Assembly (NCBI GenBank): GCA_963817895.1
Contig: CAWFQB010000005.1
Span: 384,001-448,000 of the forward strand
DNA: 64,000 nucleotides
Direction of reading: 5' to 3'
Source: an uncultured Chthonomonadaceae bacterium
GTDB taxonomy: Bacteria > Armatimonadota > Chthonomonadetes > Chthonomonadales > Chthonomonadaceae
The notes beneath the pieces are model-generated. The model had not been told where the DNA came from. It ran no database searches and worked only from the letters and a program-made list of their open reading frames with translations. Below are positions 9,512-19,445 of the stretch, in pieces; the stretch's first letter is position 1; each line of letters starts with the position of its first letter. Both the position numbers and the translations under genes were made by a program.

Positions 9512-10264
9512 ATGGAGCGCGGACTCTACGCCGCCGCGTCGGCGATGCTGGCGCAGCAGACCATTCAGGAAGCCTTAGCGCAGAATATCGCTAACTCTAC
9601 CACGGTCGGCTACAAGCAGGACAATCCCACCTTTAAGGCGCTGCATGGCATGGCTATACAGCGAACGCTCAACAGTTCCGGGAGTGGGCAGTCCATCGGC
9701 GAACTGGGCATCGGCGTGGAAACCGACCAGCCGTACACGGACTGGCAAAAGGGCGCGATGGCGCAGACGAACAATCCGCTGGATGTCAGTCTCGACCCGA
9801 ACCAGTTTTTCGCGGTTCGCGCCCCGCAGGGCGAACGCTACACGCGGGCGGGAAATTTCCAGTTGGATGGGCAGGGCAATCTGCTCACCGCCAATGGCGA
9901 ACCCGTGCTTGGCGTCAATAATCAGCCCATCGTGGCGCGTGGAAACGGCAGCGTTATCATTGAAAGAACGGGCAGCGTAAAAGTAAACGGCGCTGAAGTG
10001 GGCAAACTGAAAGTCGCGCAATCCGACACGGCCCAGATGCGCAAGGACGGCAACAGCCTGTTCGCCGCCATTAACCCCGCCGCCATGCGCCCCGTCGCCA
10101 ACCCGGATGTGCATCCCGGCATGCTGGAACAATCCAATGTGGATGGCGTTCACGCGCTTGTGGAAATGATGACCGTTTCGCGCGGCTTCGACATGGCGCA
10201 GCGCGCACTTCTCACCCAGGACGAACTGCTGAAACACGCCAGCAGCGAGTTAGGGAAATTGTAG
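9512..10264 (+). CDS. flgF: Flagellar basal-body rod protein FlgF-like
   Basis: MERGLYAAASAM...AQNIANSTTVGYK, YTRAGNF, LEQSNVD; precedes flgG. Confidence 0.85.
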   Translation: MERGLYAAASAMLAQQTIQEALAQNIANSTTVGYKQDNPTFKALHGMAIQRTLNSSGSGQSIGELGIGVETDQPYTDWQKGAMAQTNNPLDVSLDPNQFFAVRAPQGERYTRAGNFQLDGQGNLLTANGEPVLGVNNQPIVARGNGSVIIERTGSVKVNGAEVGKLKVAQSDTAQMRKDGNSLFAAINPAAMRPVANPDVHPGMLEQSNVDGVHALVEMMTVSRGFDMAQRALLTQDELLKHASSELGKL

Positions 10265-10268
10265 AAAT

Positions 10269-10386
10269 GGGAGTAGGGAGTAGGTTGCAGGGAGTAGATA
10301 AACGCGCTCCTGTCAACCCCTTTTAAACAGGCAAAACGGTAAATTACAGGCTTTGCCTAGTCCCTACAACCTACTCCCTACTTCCT
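10269..10386. repeat. Inverted pair of heptamer runs (GGGAGTA ... CTACTCC)
   Basis: GGGAGTAGGGAGTAGG just after the flgF stop; CCTACTCCCTACTTCC at about 10370. Confidence 0.75.
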
Positions 10387-10634
10387 GATTTCAACGGCTG
10401 GTCCGCCCCGCCCTTACCCGGCGAGCGGAGGCCGTCCCGATCCCCGACTGATTGACGGGATCATTGTAACCGAAATTCATTTTTGTGAAGCGCAAGTTGC
10501 TATTTTGCAAGTCGGCGTAACCCTGCGCCCGCGCTTCCACTCCCATGCTGCGCCTGCCCGGTCCTATATTACTACTGGTGTAATCAGGCTGTGTTAAGGC
10601 GAGATGCGGAGGCTCTTTTCGGAGGACTGTCCTT

Positions 10635-11423
10635 ATGAGTTGCGCTCTGTTTACCGCCGCTACGGGGCTTGCCGCACAGCAGCTCAACCTCGACGTTATC
10701 GCCAACAACCTTGCCAACGCCAACACGGTCGGGTTCAAAAAAGCCCGCGCCGATTTCCACGACCTTGTGTACCAGATCAACCGCGAACCTGGCGCACAGA
10801 CCGGCGCGAACTCCTCCCTGCCCACCGGGATGCAAATCGGGCTTGGCGTCAGCGCAGGCACGACTGCCGCTTCGTTTTTGCAGGGAACGCCGCAGAGTAC
10901 GGGCGGCGATTACGACCTTGCCATTCAGGGGCAGGGCTTTTTCAAAGTGCTGCTTCCCGATGGAACCAGCGCGTACACCCGCGCCGGAAACTTCGCCATT
11001 GACAGCGCGGGCAAGCTCGTCACCTCTGAAGGCTACGCCGTCCAGCCCGAAATCATCGTTCCCCCGAACAAAAGCAACGTCAGCATCAGCATGGATGGTC
11101 AGGTTCAGGTGTCGGTTCCCGGCCAGGCCGCATCGCAGCAGGTTGGGCAGATACAACTCACTACCTTCCCCAACCCCGCCGGCCTGCGCAACCTCGGCGG
11201 CAACCTGTTTCAGGCGACCAGCGCTTCCGGGCAGGCGGCGGATGGCAATCCCGGCGCAAACGGCGCGGGTACACTGCAGCACCATGCCATCGAAGCCTCC
11301 AACGTGGACATTGTGGATGAAATGGTACGCATGATCGTGCTGCAACGCGCCTACGACACCAACTCCAAAGTGGTGCAAACGGCGGACGAGATGCTCAGTA
11401 CCACCAACAACCTCAAGCGGTAG
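10635..11423 (+). CDS. flgG: Flagellar basal-body rod protein FlgG
   Basis: ALFTAATGL...IANNLANANTVGFKK, FHDLVYQ, GMQIGLGV, EASNVDIVDEMV...QRAYDTNSKVVQTADEML. Confidence 0.95.
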   Translation: MSCALFTAATGLAAQQLNLDVIANNLANANTVGFKKARADFHDLVYQINREPGAQTGANSSLPTGMQIGLGVSAGTTAASFLQGTPQSTGGDYDLAIQGQGFFKVLLPDGTSAYTRAGNFAIDSAGKLVTSEGYAVQPEIIVPPNKSNVSISMDGQVQVSVPGQAASQQVGQIQLTTFPNPAGLRNLGGNLFQATSASGQAADGNPGANGAGTLQHHAIEASNVDIVDEMVRMIVLQRAYDTNSKVVQTADEMLSTTNNLKR

Positions 11424-11453
11424 TGGTTGGTGGTTGGTGGTTGGTGATTGGTT
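11422..11453. repeat. GGTGGTT heptamer run
   Basis: AGTGGTTGGTGGTTGGTGGTTGGTGATTGGTT directly at the flgG stop. Confidence 0.8.
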
Positions 11454-11562
11454 GAAGCGCGACGGCGGATTATGGTATGGGCGTCGCGTTTCAACAAAAT
11501 CAGCCCCGGCAGAACGTGAGCATCGAAACTTTTCTCCTGTGCGCATTCGTGAAACCAAACCC

Positions 11563-12612
11563 ATGATTTTCTTTTACGCTCCGCCGCCAACCAGTACCGC
11601 TCAATTATCGTCAAGCGGCAATCGCCACTCGATAATTAGCAATCGAAAATCGGCAACCGATAATCAGCAATCGAAAATCGAAAATCGGCAATCGGCAATC
11701 ACGACGATTACGGCGAAGGCTGTTATCGAAGTGAAGGATACGCGCTTCACGCTGGGCGAGATCGCCGATCTGGACGGCAAGGATAAGGAATTGCTGGCGC
11801 GGCTGGCCCGCGTGGAGATTGGCGCGTCCCCTTTGCCCGGCCTGTCGCGCCCGCTGTATCCGGGCAACATCGCGGTACATCTGCGCGCCGCGCAACTGGG
11901 CAGCCTGCTGGACAGCAAAAAGCTGGAAATCGTCGCGCCAAGCGAGATGCGCGTGACGCGGGGCGGGCAGGATGTGAGCGCGGACGAGATCACGCGGGTC
12001 GCGCTCGCGGCAGGGCAGGCGGCTGTCAAAGACATTCCCAACGCCACTCTTGAAGTCGAGCCGGTGAACGGCAAAGCCACCCTGCCTTCGGGCAAACTCC
12101 GGGTGATCGCGGGCGCGTTTCACATTCTGCCCGAAGGCGGCGCGTTTACAGTTCCCGTGACCCTGATGGCGGATGGCAAAATCGAGCGGGTTGTCAATGT
12201 TACGCTGCGGATGCAGCGCAGGCTCATGGCGCTTGTCGCCACACATCCTCTGGAACCGCATGACATACTGGCAGCCGAAGATGTGCAGCTTACGCTCGTG
12301 ACCCTGCCGCCCGGTTTTATAAAGCCTGTAATCCGGCTGGAAGACGCTATCGGCAAGCGCGTGACCCGGCGAATTTTGCCCGACGGCCTGCTGTCGGCAA
12401 CGATGCTGGAAGTTCCGCCGGACATGGCGGCCAACGCCCGACTGACCATTGAATACATTTATGGCAGCATCCACATTACGGCCCCCGGATTGGCGCGGCA
12501 GGCGGGCAAAATCGGAGATACCATTCGCGTGTACGCCCTCGATACGCATCGGGAACTGGAAGCCGTCATCGTGGACGAGCATACGGTTCAACTGCGGGAA
12601 GCGGGAGAATAG
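11563..12612 (+). CDS. flgA: P-ring formation chaperone FlgA
   Basis: LGEIADL...IGASPLPG; SAF-like domain; GLARQAGKIGDTIRV C-terminus; position between flgG and flgH. Start uncertain. Confidence 0.85.
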   Translation: MIFFYAPPPTSTAQLSSSGNRHSIISNRKSATDNQQSKIENRQSAITTITAKAVIEVKDTRFTLGEIADLDGKDKELLARLARVEIGASPLPGLSRPLYPGNIAVHLRAAQLGSLLDSKKLEIVAPSEMRVTRGGQDVSADEITRVALAAGQAAVKDIPNATLEVEPVNGKATLPSGKLRVIAGAFHILPEGGAFTVPVTLMADGKIERVVNVTLRMQRRLMALVATHPLEPHDILAAEDVQLTLVTLPPGFIKPVIRLEDAIGKRVTRRILPDGLLSATMLEVPPDMAANARLTIEYIYGSIHITAPGLARQAGKIGDTIRVYALDTHRELEAVIVDEHTVQLREAGE

Positions 12613-12621
12613 GAAACCATC

Positions 12622-13311
12622 ATGGTCAACAACAGCGTCAGCCTCATTATTTTTTCTCCTAACATATCAGGAGTGGGGAAAGTTCGCAAATTAGCCGGTT
12701 TCAGTCTTTTTTGCGCGATAAATTTTTGCGCGGTTCCGGTCAGCGCCCGCGCCGACTCGCTGTTCCCCACAGAGCAGGCGACCAAAGCCCTGCGCGGCAG
12801 CAGCAGCGCGAGCGCGGCGTCGCTGTTCACCGACACCCGCGCCCACAGCGCAGGCGACATTCTGACCATCACGGTTGCGGAAAGCACCAGCGCGCAATCT
12901 ACGGCAACCACCAAAACCGCGCACGATGATTCGGTCAGCACGTTCGGCGGCACGGGATTGGTGCAGCGGTTCTTCCGTGACCTTGCCCTGACCGCCAACA
13001 ATTCCCGCTCCGGCAACGGAACCGGCTCCACCACGCGCTCCGGTTCGCTGACGACAACGCTTTCCGTGATTGTCAAGGAGGTTCTGCCCAACAACACGCT
13101 CCGCATCGAGGGGACGCGACTTGTGGGCATCAACCGTGAAACGCAGCGCGTCACGTTCAGCGGCATTGTGCGCCCCGAAGACATCGGCCCGGACAATACG
13201 GTTCCCTCCAACCTGATCGCGGGCGTGGAAGTGCGCTACGACGGCAAGGGAATCGTCGGCGACACGCAAAAACCGGGCATCCTGTCGCGCATCTTCCGCT
13301 TCCTGTTCTAA
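12622..13311 (+). CDS. flgH: Flagellar L-ring protein
   Basis: SLFTDTRAHSAGDILTI, VKEVLPNNTLRIEG, SGIVRPEDI, QKPGILSRIF. Confidence 0.93.
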   Translation: MVNNSVSLIIFSPNISGVGKVRKLAGFSLFCAINFCAVPVSARADSLFPTEQATKALRGSSSASAASLFTDTRAHSAGDILTITVAESTSAQSTATTKTAHDDSVSTFGGTGLVQRFFRDLALTANNSRSGNGTGSTTRSGSLTTTLSVIVKEVLPNNTLRIEGTRLVGINRETQRVTFSGIVRPEDIGPDNTVPSNLIAGVEVRYDGKGIVGDTQKPGILSRIFRFLF

Positions 13312-13351
13312 AGCCGTGAATTCCCAATAAACAGGATAGTCTGCATAAATA

Positions 13352-13402
13352 GCCCCTCTCCTAGCGACGCAGGAGCGGCCAGGAGAGGGGTTGGGGTGAG
13401 GT
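13352..13402. repeat. CCCCTCTCC...GGAGAGGGG-GGGGTGAGG palindromic repeat
   Basis: GCCCCTCTCCT...AGGAGAGGGGTTGGGGTGAGG between flgH and flgI. Confidence 0.7.
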
Positions 13403-13421
13403 AGTTTTAAGGGGTAACAAA

Positions 13422-14699
13422 TTGATGAGAGTGTCACGCGCTGCGATTGCATTTTTGGTGTCAGGATGGCTTGCCGTTGGGAACGGCGTTTGTCGGGCGG
13501 AAGAGACGCCGGTTGAAGTTCCGGGTGGGGCAGAATTGTCCGCGCCGCCGAAAACCCGCGTTCCGCCCAAACAGCCGACCGGCAAAATAAGCATGAGCGG
13601 CAGTTCGCGCCGCGCCACAGGCGGGCAGGCGGACGCGGACAGCGCAGGCGGAATCGGGCAGGCGCGTATCAAGGACATTGCCACCGTGCAGGGCGTTCGC
13701 AGCAACCAACTCTTCGGATACGGGCTGGTTGTGGGATTGGAAGGAACAGGGGACGGTTCCTCGTCCCTGTTCACCGTGTCCAGCATCGTCAACATGCTGC
13801 GCCGACAGGGAATCAACGTTCCCATTGACCAGACGCGGGTGAAGAACGTGGCCGCCGTCATGGTCACAGCCGACCTGCCCGCGTTTGCCAAGAAGGGCAG
13901 CCCGATAGACGTTACCGTGTCCTCCATGGGGGATGCCAAATCTTTGCAGGGCGGCACGCTGCTGCAAACGCCGCTCATGGCCGCAAACGGCGAAGTGTAC
14001 GCGGCGGCGCAGGGCGCATTATCTATCGGCGGCTTCAATTTTGAGGCGGGCGGCTCGAAAGTGCAGAAGAACCACGTCAACGTGGGGCGTATCCCGCATG
14101 GGGCGATTGTGGAACAAGAGGTTCCCACGACGCTGACGGACGGTTCCACCATTCAAATCACGCTGCGCGAACCGGATTTCACGACTGCAAGCCGCATGGC
14201 CGCCGCCATTCGACGCCAGATGCCCGGAACCAGCGCGCTGGCAATGGACGCGGCAACCGTGTCCGTAGGCCTTCCGGCGGGACGGGCGGAAGACACCATC
14301 AGTTTTCTCGCGCAGGTGGAAACAGTTCGCCTGACTCCGGACGTGCAGGCCAAAATTGTGGTCAATGAGCGCACGGGAACGGTTGTCATGGGCGGCAACG
14401 TGCGGCTCGCGCCCGGTTCCATCGCGCACGGGGCCATCAACATCCGGGTCATCAACACGCCCATTGTGATTCCCGCGCCGCCCAATTCCATCAATGCGCC
14501 GCCGCCCGTCGTCGTGCCGCAAAAAGAGGTGCAGGTGAAGGAAAGCACGGCGCAGTTCGCGCCCATCACCGCGACCACAACGGTGACGCAGCTTGTCGGC
14601 GCGCTCAACGGGCTGGGCGTCACGCCCCGCGACCTGATCTCCATTTTGCAGGCCATGCACGCGGCAGGCATGATTTCGGCAGAAATCGAGGTGCAGTAG
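13422..14699 (+). CDS. flgI: Flagellar P-ring protein
   Basis: RIKDIATVQGVRSNQLFGYGLVVGLEGTGD, KNVAAVMVTA, SLQGGTLL, IVVNERTGTVV, DLISILQA. Confidence 0.96.
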   Translation: MMRVSRAAIAFLVSGWLAVGNGVCRAEETPVEVPGGAELSAPPKTRVPPKQPTGKISMSGSSRRATGGQADADSAGGIGQARIKDIATVQGVRSNQLFGYGLVVGLEGTGDGSSSLFTVSSIVNMLRRQGINVPIDQTRVKNVAAVMVTADLPAFAKKGSPIDVTVSSMGDAKSLQGGTLLQTPLMAANGEVYAAAQGALSIGGFNFEAGGSKVQKNHVNVGRIPHGAIVEQEVPTTLTDGSTIQITLREPDFTTASRMAAAIRRQMPGTSALAMDAATVSVGLPAGRAEDTISFLAQVETVRLTPDVQAKIVVNERTGTVVMGGNVRLAPGSIAHGAINIRVINTPIVIPAPPNSINAPPPVVVPQKEVQVKESTAQFAPITATTTVTQLVGALNGLGVTPRDLISILQAMHAAGMISAEIEVQ

Positions 14700-15032
14700 T
14701 GAACGTTCAGGATTTCAGGGGTCAGGATTCAGGGGTCGGCGAGTTCGGCCAAACCGAGTACAACAGAAAAAAGGACAAGCTGAAGCAGACCACGCAGGAC
14801 TTCGAGGCTATCTTTCTCGGCATGATGCTCAAGCAGATGCGCAAATCCGTTGCGGGGCAGGACGCTCTTTTCGGCAAAAGCCACGAAGTCCAAAATGTTT
14901 CAGGACATGATGGACGACACAACCGCCAAAAATCTCAGCAAAGCCGGCTCCTTCGGCCTGGCGAAACTGCTGTACAAAACGATGGAACACACTTTGCCGC
15001 CGAAGCCGGACAAAGTAGGGAGTGGGGAGTAG
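14699..15032 (+). CDS. flgJ: Rod-binding FlgJ-like protein (one frameshift near 14885)
   Basis: KLKQTTQDFEAIFLGMMLKQMRKSV in one frame continues as KMFQDMMD...GSFGLAKLLY in another. Confidence 0.8.
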
Positions 15033-15143
15033 AAAGTAGGGAATGGGAAAAGTTTTCATGCCATTCGTTTTACCTGTTAGCACGAGCGGTATAAGCGCAA
15101 GCGAAGTTTTCCTACTCACCTACTTCCTACTCCCCACTCCCTG
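15014..15143. repeat. Inverted pair of heptamer runs (GGGAGTR ... CTACTCC)
   Basis: AGTAGGGAGTGGGGAGTAGAAAGTAGGGAATGGG ... CCTACTCACCTACTTCCTACTCCCCACTCCC. Confidence 0.75.
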
Positions 15144-15155
15144 TATGGAGATGCC

Positions 15156-15656
15156 ATGCCTCGCGCCAACACCACGCCTGCCACGTTGCGCCGCATTTTG
15201 AAGCAGGAATTGATTCTCGGTCAGAAGCTGCTGACGCTGACGCAGGAAGAAAGCGACGTTATCGTCCGCAACGACGTGGAACGCCTGACCGCGCTGCAAG
15301 CGGAACTGCAGCAATGTTTGCGGGAGCAGCAGGAACTGGAGCGGGCCCGCGCCGTCGCTACCCGCGACCTGGCCTGGAACCTGGGATTGGAGCATGCGCC
15401 GCCCCTGTCCGGCCTGATTGCCGCGCTGCCCGTTCGGGAACAGGAGGGCCTGCGCGCGCTTCGCGCCGACCTGCTCCGGATGCATCAGCAGTTGGAAATC
15501 GTACAGGCGCGTAATCGCCGTCTGCTCGACAACGCTCTGGAGTACGTCCGTTTCAGCCTGGACGCGCTCACTTCCGCCGCGCTCCAGCCCGCCCGCTACG
15601 GAGCCAACCTGAAGCGCCTCACCGCGCCGACGTTTTATATTGATAGCAAAGCGTAG
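15156..15656 (+). CDS. flgN: Flagellar chaperone FlgN
   Basis: Helical protein with ARNRRLL and C-terminal YIDSKA; lies before flgK. Confidence 0.85.
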   Translation: MPRANTTPATLRRILKQELILGQKLLTLTQEESDVIVRNDVERLTALQAELQQCLREQQELERARAVATRDLAWNLGLEHAPPLSGLIAALPVREQEGLRALRADLLRMHQQLEIVQARNRRLLDNALEYVRFSLDALTSAALQPARYGANLKRLTAPTFYIDSKA

Positions 15657-15723
15657 GTGTGGTAGTGAGAGTATGATACGCATTAATGCAAGCTATCGCG
15701 GCACCACACCCCCACAGAAACCC

Positions 15724-17172
15724 ATGCCTTCCACATTTTTCGGATTGGAAATCGGAACCCGCGCGCTGTACGTCCAGCCAGATCGCGCTCAATGTTGTCA
15801 GCAACAACACATCCAACATCAACACGCCCGGTTACTCGCGGCAGAACGTGGATTTTCAGGAAACCGACCCCTACACGCTGCCGGACTCCGCGCCCACCAG
15901 CCGGGGGAGTTGGGAACCGGCGTCAGCGTGGCAAGCGTGAACCGCGTCCGCGATCAGTTTGTAGATAAGCGCGTGTGGGCGGCAAACTCGCAGTCGGGAG
16001 CCGATCACCAATCTGCGCGACACTCTGACGCAGGTGGAAAACGCCTATAACGAACCGAGCGATACGGGATTGGGGCAGCAGATCACCGACCTGTACAACA
16101 GCTTTTCCGATCTGGCTTCCAACCCGGAAAGCAGCGCGGTTCGCTCCACGGTCATCAACAAGGCGCAAACTCTGGTCAGTTCGTTCCACGCCGTCAGCGT
16201 GTCGCTGAACGAAATCACGCCGCAGATCAACGCCAAAATCAGCGCCACCGTAGACACCGTGAACCACATCGCCGGACAGATTGCCACTCTCAACAAAGCC
16301 ATCGGCCTGAGCGTGGCGTCGGGCGACACTCCCAACGACCTGCTGGATAAGCGTGGGCAACTGCTCTCGCAACTCAGCGGCTATGTTGACGTGCAGGTGA
16401 TAGATCAGAAAAACGCGCAGACGGGCCAACCGAACGGCAAAGTCAGCGTCAACGTGGGCGGCTATTCGCTGGTGCAGGACGACAGCGCGAACCTGCTGCC
16501 AAAAACCATAACAACGACCAACAACACTCTGGGACTGACGACGGACACGGGCGATACCATTCCCCTGCGGAGCGGCGAATTGTACGGCCTCGTGAAAGCC
16601 ACCACACTGGTCAAGGGGTATCAGGCCGACCTGGACACGCTGGCCTACAACGTTGTCAGCGCCACCAATCTGCGGCATCAGTCCGGATACGGGCTGGACG
16701 GCACGACCAACAACGCTTTTTTCGGCGCGCTGACGACATCGCAGGGCGCGGCGGCGGCTATCACTATAGATCCGGCGTGGAGGGAGATTTGAACAAGATC
16801 GCCGCTGCCGCCGCGCCCACGCCGCCCAATACCTTCGCGCCCGGCAACGGCGACAACGCCCGCGCGCTGGCAAATCTGGCTTCCGATCAGGTTATCGGCA
16901 ATTTCAGCCTGAACAGCTACTACAATTCCAGAGTCGCTTCTGTGGGCGCGGACTCGCAGACATTTCAGCAGGAAGCGGACAATCAGGCCAAAGTGCTGTC
17001 GCAACTGCAAAATCAGCAGTCGTCGGTATCCGGCGTGAACCTGGACGAAGAACTGACCAAGCTGCTCCAGTATCAGCGCGCGTACCAGGCCGCCGCCCGC
17101 GTCATCAACACGGCAGACGCTTTTCTGAATACCATCATCAATGGTTTAGGAGCTGCTACCGCAACGGGATAA
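15724..17172 (+). CDS. flgK: Hook-associated protein FlgK (several frameshifts)
   Basis: MPSTFFGLEIGTRAL / SQIALNVVSNNTSNINTPGYSRQ / GTGVSVASVNRVRD / PNDLLDKR / SVSGVNLDEELTKLLQYQRAYQAAARVI, spread over several frames. Confidence 0.9.
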
Positions 17173-17240
17173 CTTTATGAGAGTGAGAGTGAGAGGAGAG
17201 AAGTATCTCGTTCGCTCTCACTCTTCACCTGGAGGCGACC

Positions 17241-18138
17241 ATGTTTACACGACTCAGCAGCACCCAAATAGCCGACAGTTCCGTGTTCGGCATTCAGCAG
17301 GCGTACAACCGGTTTGACATTGCGCAGCGCAAGGTCAATACGGGCAAACAACTGCAAACGCCCTCCGACAACCCGACCGGCACGGCGCAAACGCTGGAAT
17401 TTCGCGAGCGCGTGTCGGAACTGGATCAGTTCGGGCGCCCGATCAGCCAGGCGCAAGAACTTTATTTCCACGAGCGAGGCCGCTCTGGCAGCGTGACCTC
17501 GCTGACGCGGCAGGCGCGCACCATCGGCGTACAGGCGGCCAGCGACAACCTGACTGTGGAACCCGCGCCGCCCTGGGCGACCAGCTTCAAAACATCATCA
17601 GCCAGGTCGCCAACATCGGCAACACCACTTATGGCACACAGTACATATTCGGGGGACAGCGCACGGACACGGCCCCGCTTCTGGGAACGCCGCCGGATAC
17701 AAATATGTCGGCGGCACGGCAGATACGGGCGATGCGGATTTGACCCTCACTATCGGGCGCAATGAAACCATCAAGATCAACGTGACGGGCGATCAGGTGT
17801 TCATCCCCCTGCTGAACGCGTTGGGCAAACTGCGCGACGATGTGAGTACCGGCGCGACCAGCGTGATCTCCAACACCGATTTGACGCAGGTGGACGCGCA
17901 ATTGAACAACGTGCTGGCCGTTCGGGCCGATCTGGGTTCCAAAGTGCAGCGGCTGCAATTGACCACGCAGCGCAACGAGGTGACAAAAGAGAACTACACC
18001 AAATTCATCTCCAATATCGAGGACGCGGACATTCCCAGTTCCATCGTGGAACTGCAAACCGCGCAAACCGCGTATCAGGCCGCGCTGCAATCTACATCGC
18101 GCACGTTCCAGAACAGCCTGCTGGATTTTATCAAGTAG
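17241..18138 (+). CDS. flgL: Hook-associated protein FlgL (frameshifted)
   Basis: VNTGKQLQTPSDNP at the N-terminus; ISNIEDADI...AYQAALQSTSRTFQNSLLDFIK at the C-terminus. Confidence 0.88.
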
Positions 18139-18140
18139 GG

Positions 18141-18237
18141 ATTAGATATTAGATATTAGATATTAGCGAAGACCCACCTGGAAGCAAGCCCTTGAATGTT
18201 AAAACGCGCCTATTTTGTCTAATATCTAATATCTAAT
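18141..18237. repeat. Inverted pair of heptamer runs (ATTAGAT x3 ... ATCTAAT)
   Basis: ATTAGATATTAGATATTAGATATTAG and TCTAATATCTAATATCTAAT. Confidence 0.85.
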
Positions 18238-18267
18238 CGCCTCCTCATCGGACAAAGCGAGAACTGC

Positions 18268-18850
18268 ATGGTAATGATACTGGACAAGACGAGGCTGGAT
18301 GTATCGCTGGATGTGCGCCGCAATCGCGCGGCGGAAGCGGACAAAAGCGCAAAGGGCGGAACCCACAGGCCCATGTGTGAGCAGGGAGCCGAAACCGGTT
18401 GTTGAAACTACCCGCTTCGGCCTGCTGGAAGTGGACCCGGACCTGGTGCTGACGTTTGCGGACGGCCTTGATCGGGTTCGAGCGCTGCTGCCGCTACATT
18501 GTGGTGCGGCATCAGGACAACAGCGCGTTTCGCTGGCTGCAATCTCTGGAGGAAGCCCGCATGTCGCGTTCCCCATTATGGAGCCGGGAGAGTTTTGCGC
18601 CGATTACGCGCCCACCATTTCCGATGCGGACGCGCGCGGTTTGAACCTGACGGGGGAAACGCCAACACTGCTGTTTACCATCGTCACCATTCCGCCGAGC
18701 AGCCCGCGCGACATGACGGCCAACCTGCTGGCTCCCCTGGTCATCAACGGCCTGACGCGCCGGGGCAAACAGGTCATCGTGCAGGATGAGGGCTTGACCA
18801 CGCGCCACAAAATCATGGATGAGATCGCGGCCCGGCCCAAAAAGGACTGA
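18268..18850 (+). CDS. fliW: Flagellar assembly factor FliW (frameshifted; start uncertain)
   Basis: ETTRFGLLEV, GLIGFE, FRWLQSLE, MTANLLAPLVIN...GKQVI. Confidence 0.85.
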
Positions 18851-18889
18851 GGAAACCGCTTCCAACTGCCGAAGATAGAACATACCGGA

Positions 18890-18928
18890 GAAAAGCCACG
18901 CGAAGCGATGGGCTTCGCGTGGCTTTTC
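18890..18928 (+). terminator. Strong hairpin, terminator-like
   Basis: GAAAAGCCACGCGAAGC-GATGG-GCTTCGCGTGGCTTTTC, perfect 17-bp stem. Confidence 0.75.
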
Positions 18929-19048
18929 AAAACTGTGTGGTTCCACGCTGAAGCGCGTCTAAACGCATTTCCTAACAACCTGACAACTTAACAACTAACA
19001 ACCTATTCCCCTACTTGTTCGCATTTCACGCCATGGAGGGCCACGTAA

Positions 19049-19291
19049 ATGCTCGTATTGACTCGTAAGCCCGATCAAAGTATCATGGTCGGCGCGGAAA
19101 TCGAAATCACCGTTCTGGAAGTGCGCGGCGAACAGGTGCGCCTGGGCATCCGCGCTCCCCGCGCCGTGACCGTGCATCGCAAAGAGGTTTTCGAGCAGAT
19201 ACGCCTGGAAAACCAGAACGCGAGCGCGACTGCCCTCGACATTCTCCCCGACTTTTCCGAACTCATCGTCCATCTTACCAATCCTCAATAG
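19049..19291 (+). CDS. csrA: Carbon storage regulator
   Basis: MLVLTRKPDQSIMVG...VRLGIRAPRAVTVHRKEV. Confidence 0.96.
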   Translation: MLVLTRKPDQSIMVGAEIEITVLEVRGEQVRLGIRAPRAVTVHRKEVFEQIRLENQNASATALDILPDFSELIVHLTNPQ

Positions 19292-19445
19292 CGTTCCGCG
19301 TATTTGCAATATCCGCCGTTTTCATCTGCGCGGGCAGGAAAACGGGGGATACGCAGGCAATATGTGTCCGTGAACACTCGCCGCGAACAGGGGTTCGGAA
19401 TGAATCCTGTTTTGAGTGAGACAGCCGTTCAGGAGCGGAAAGCCT

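Noticed and set aside
9575..16873. Long minus-strand ORFs across the flagellar cluster
   Set aside because: Shadow ORFs expected in GC-rich coding DNA; no motifs.
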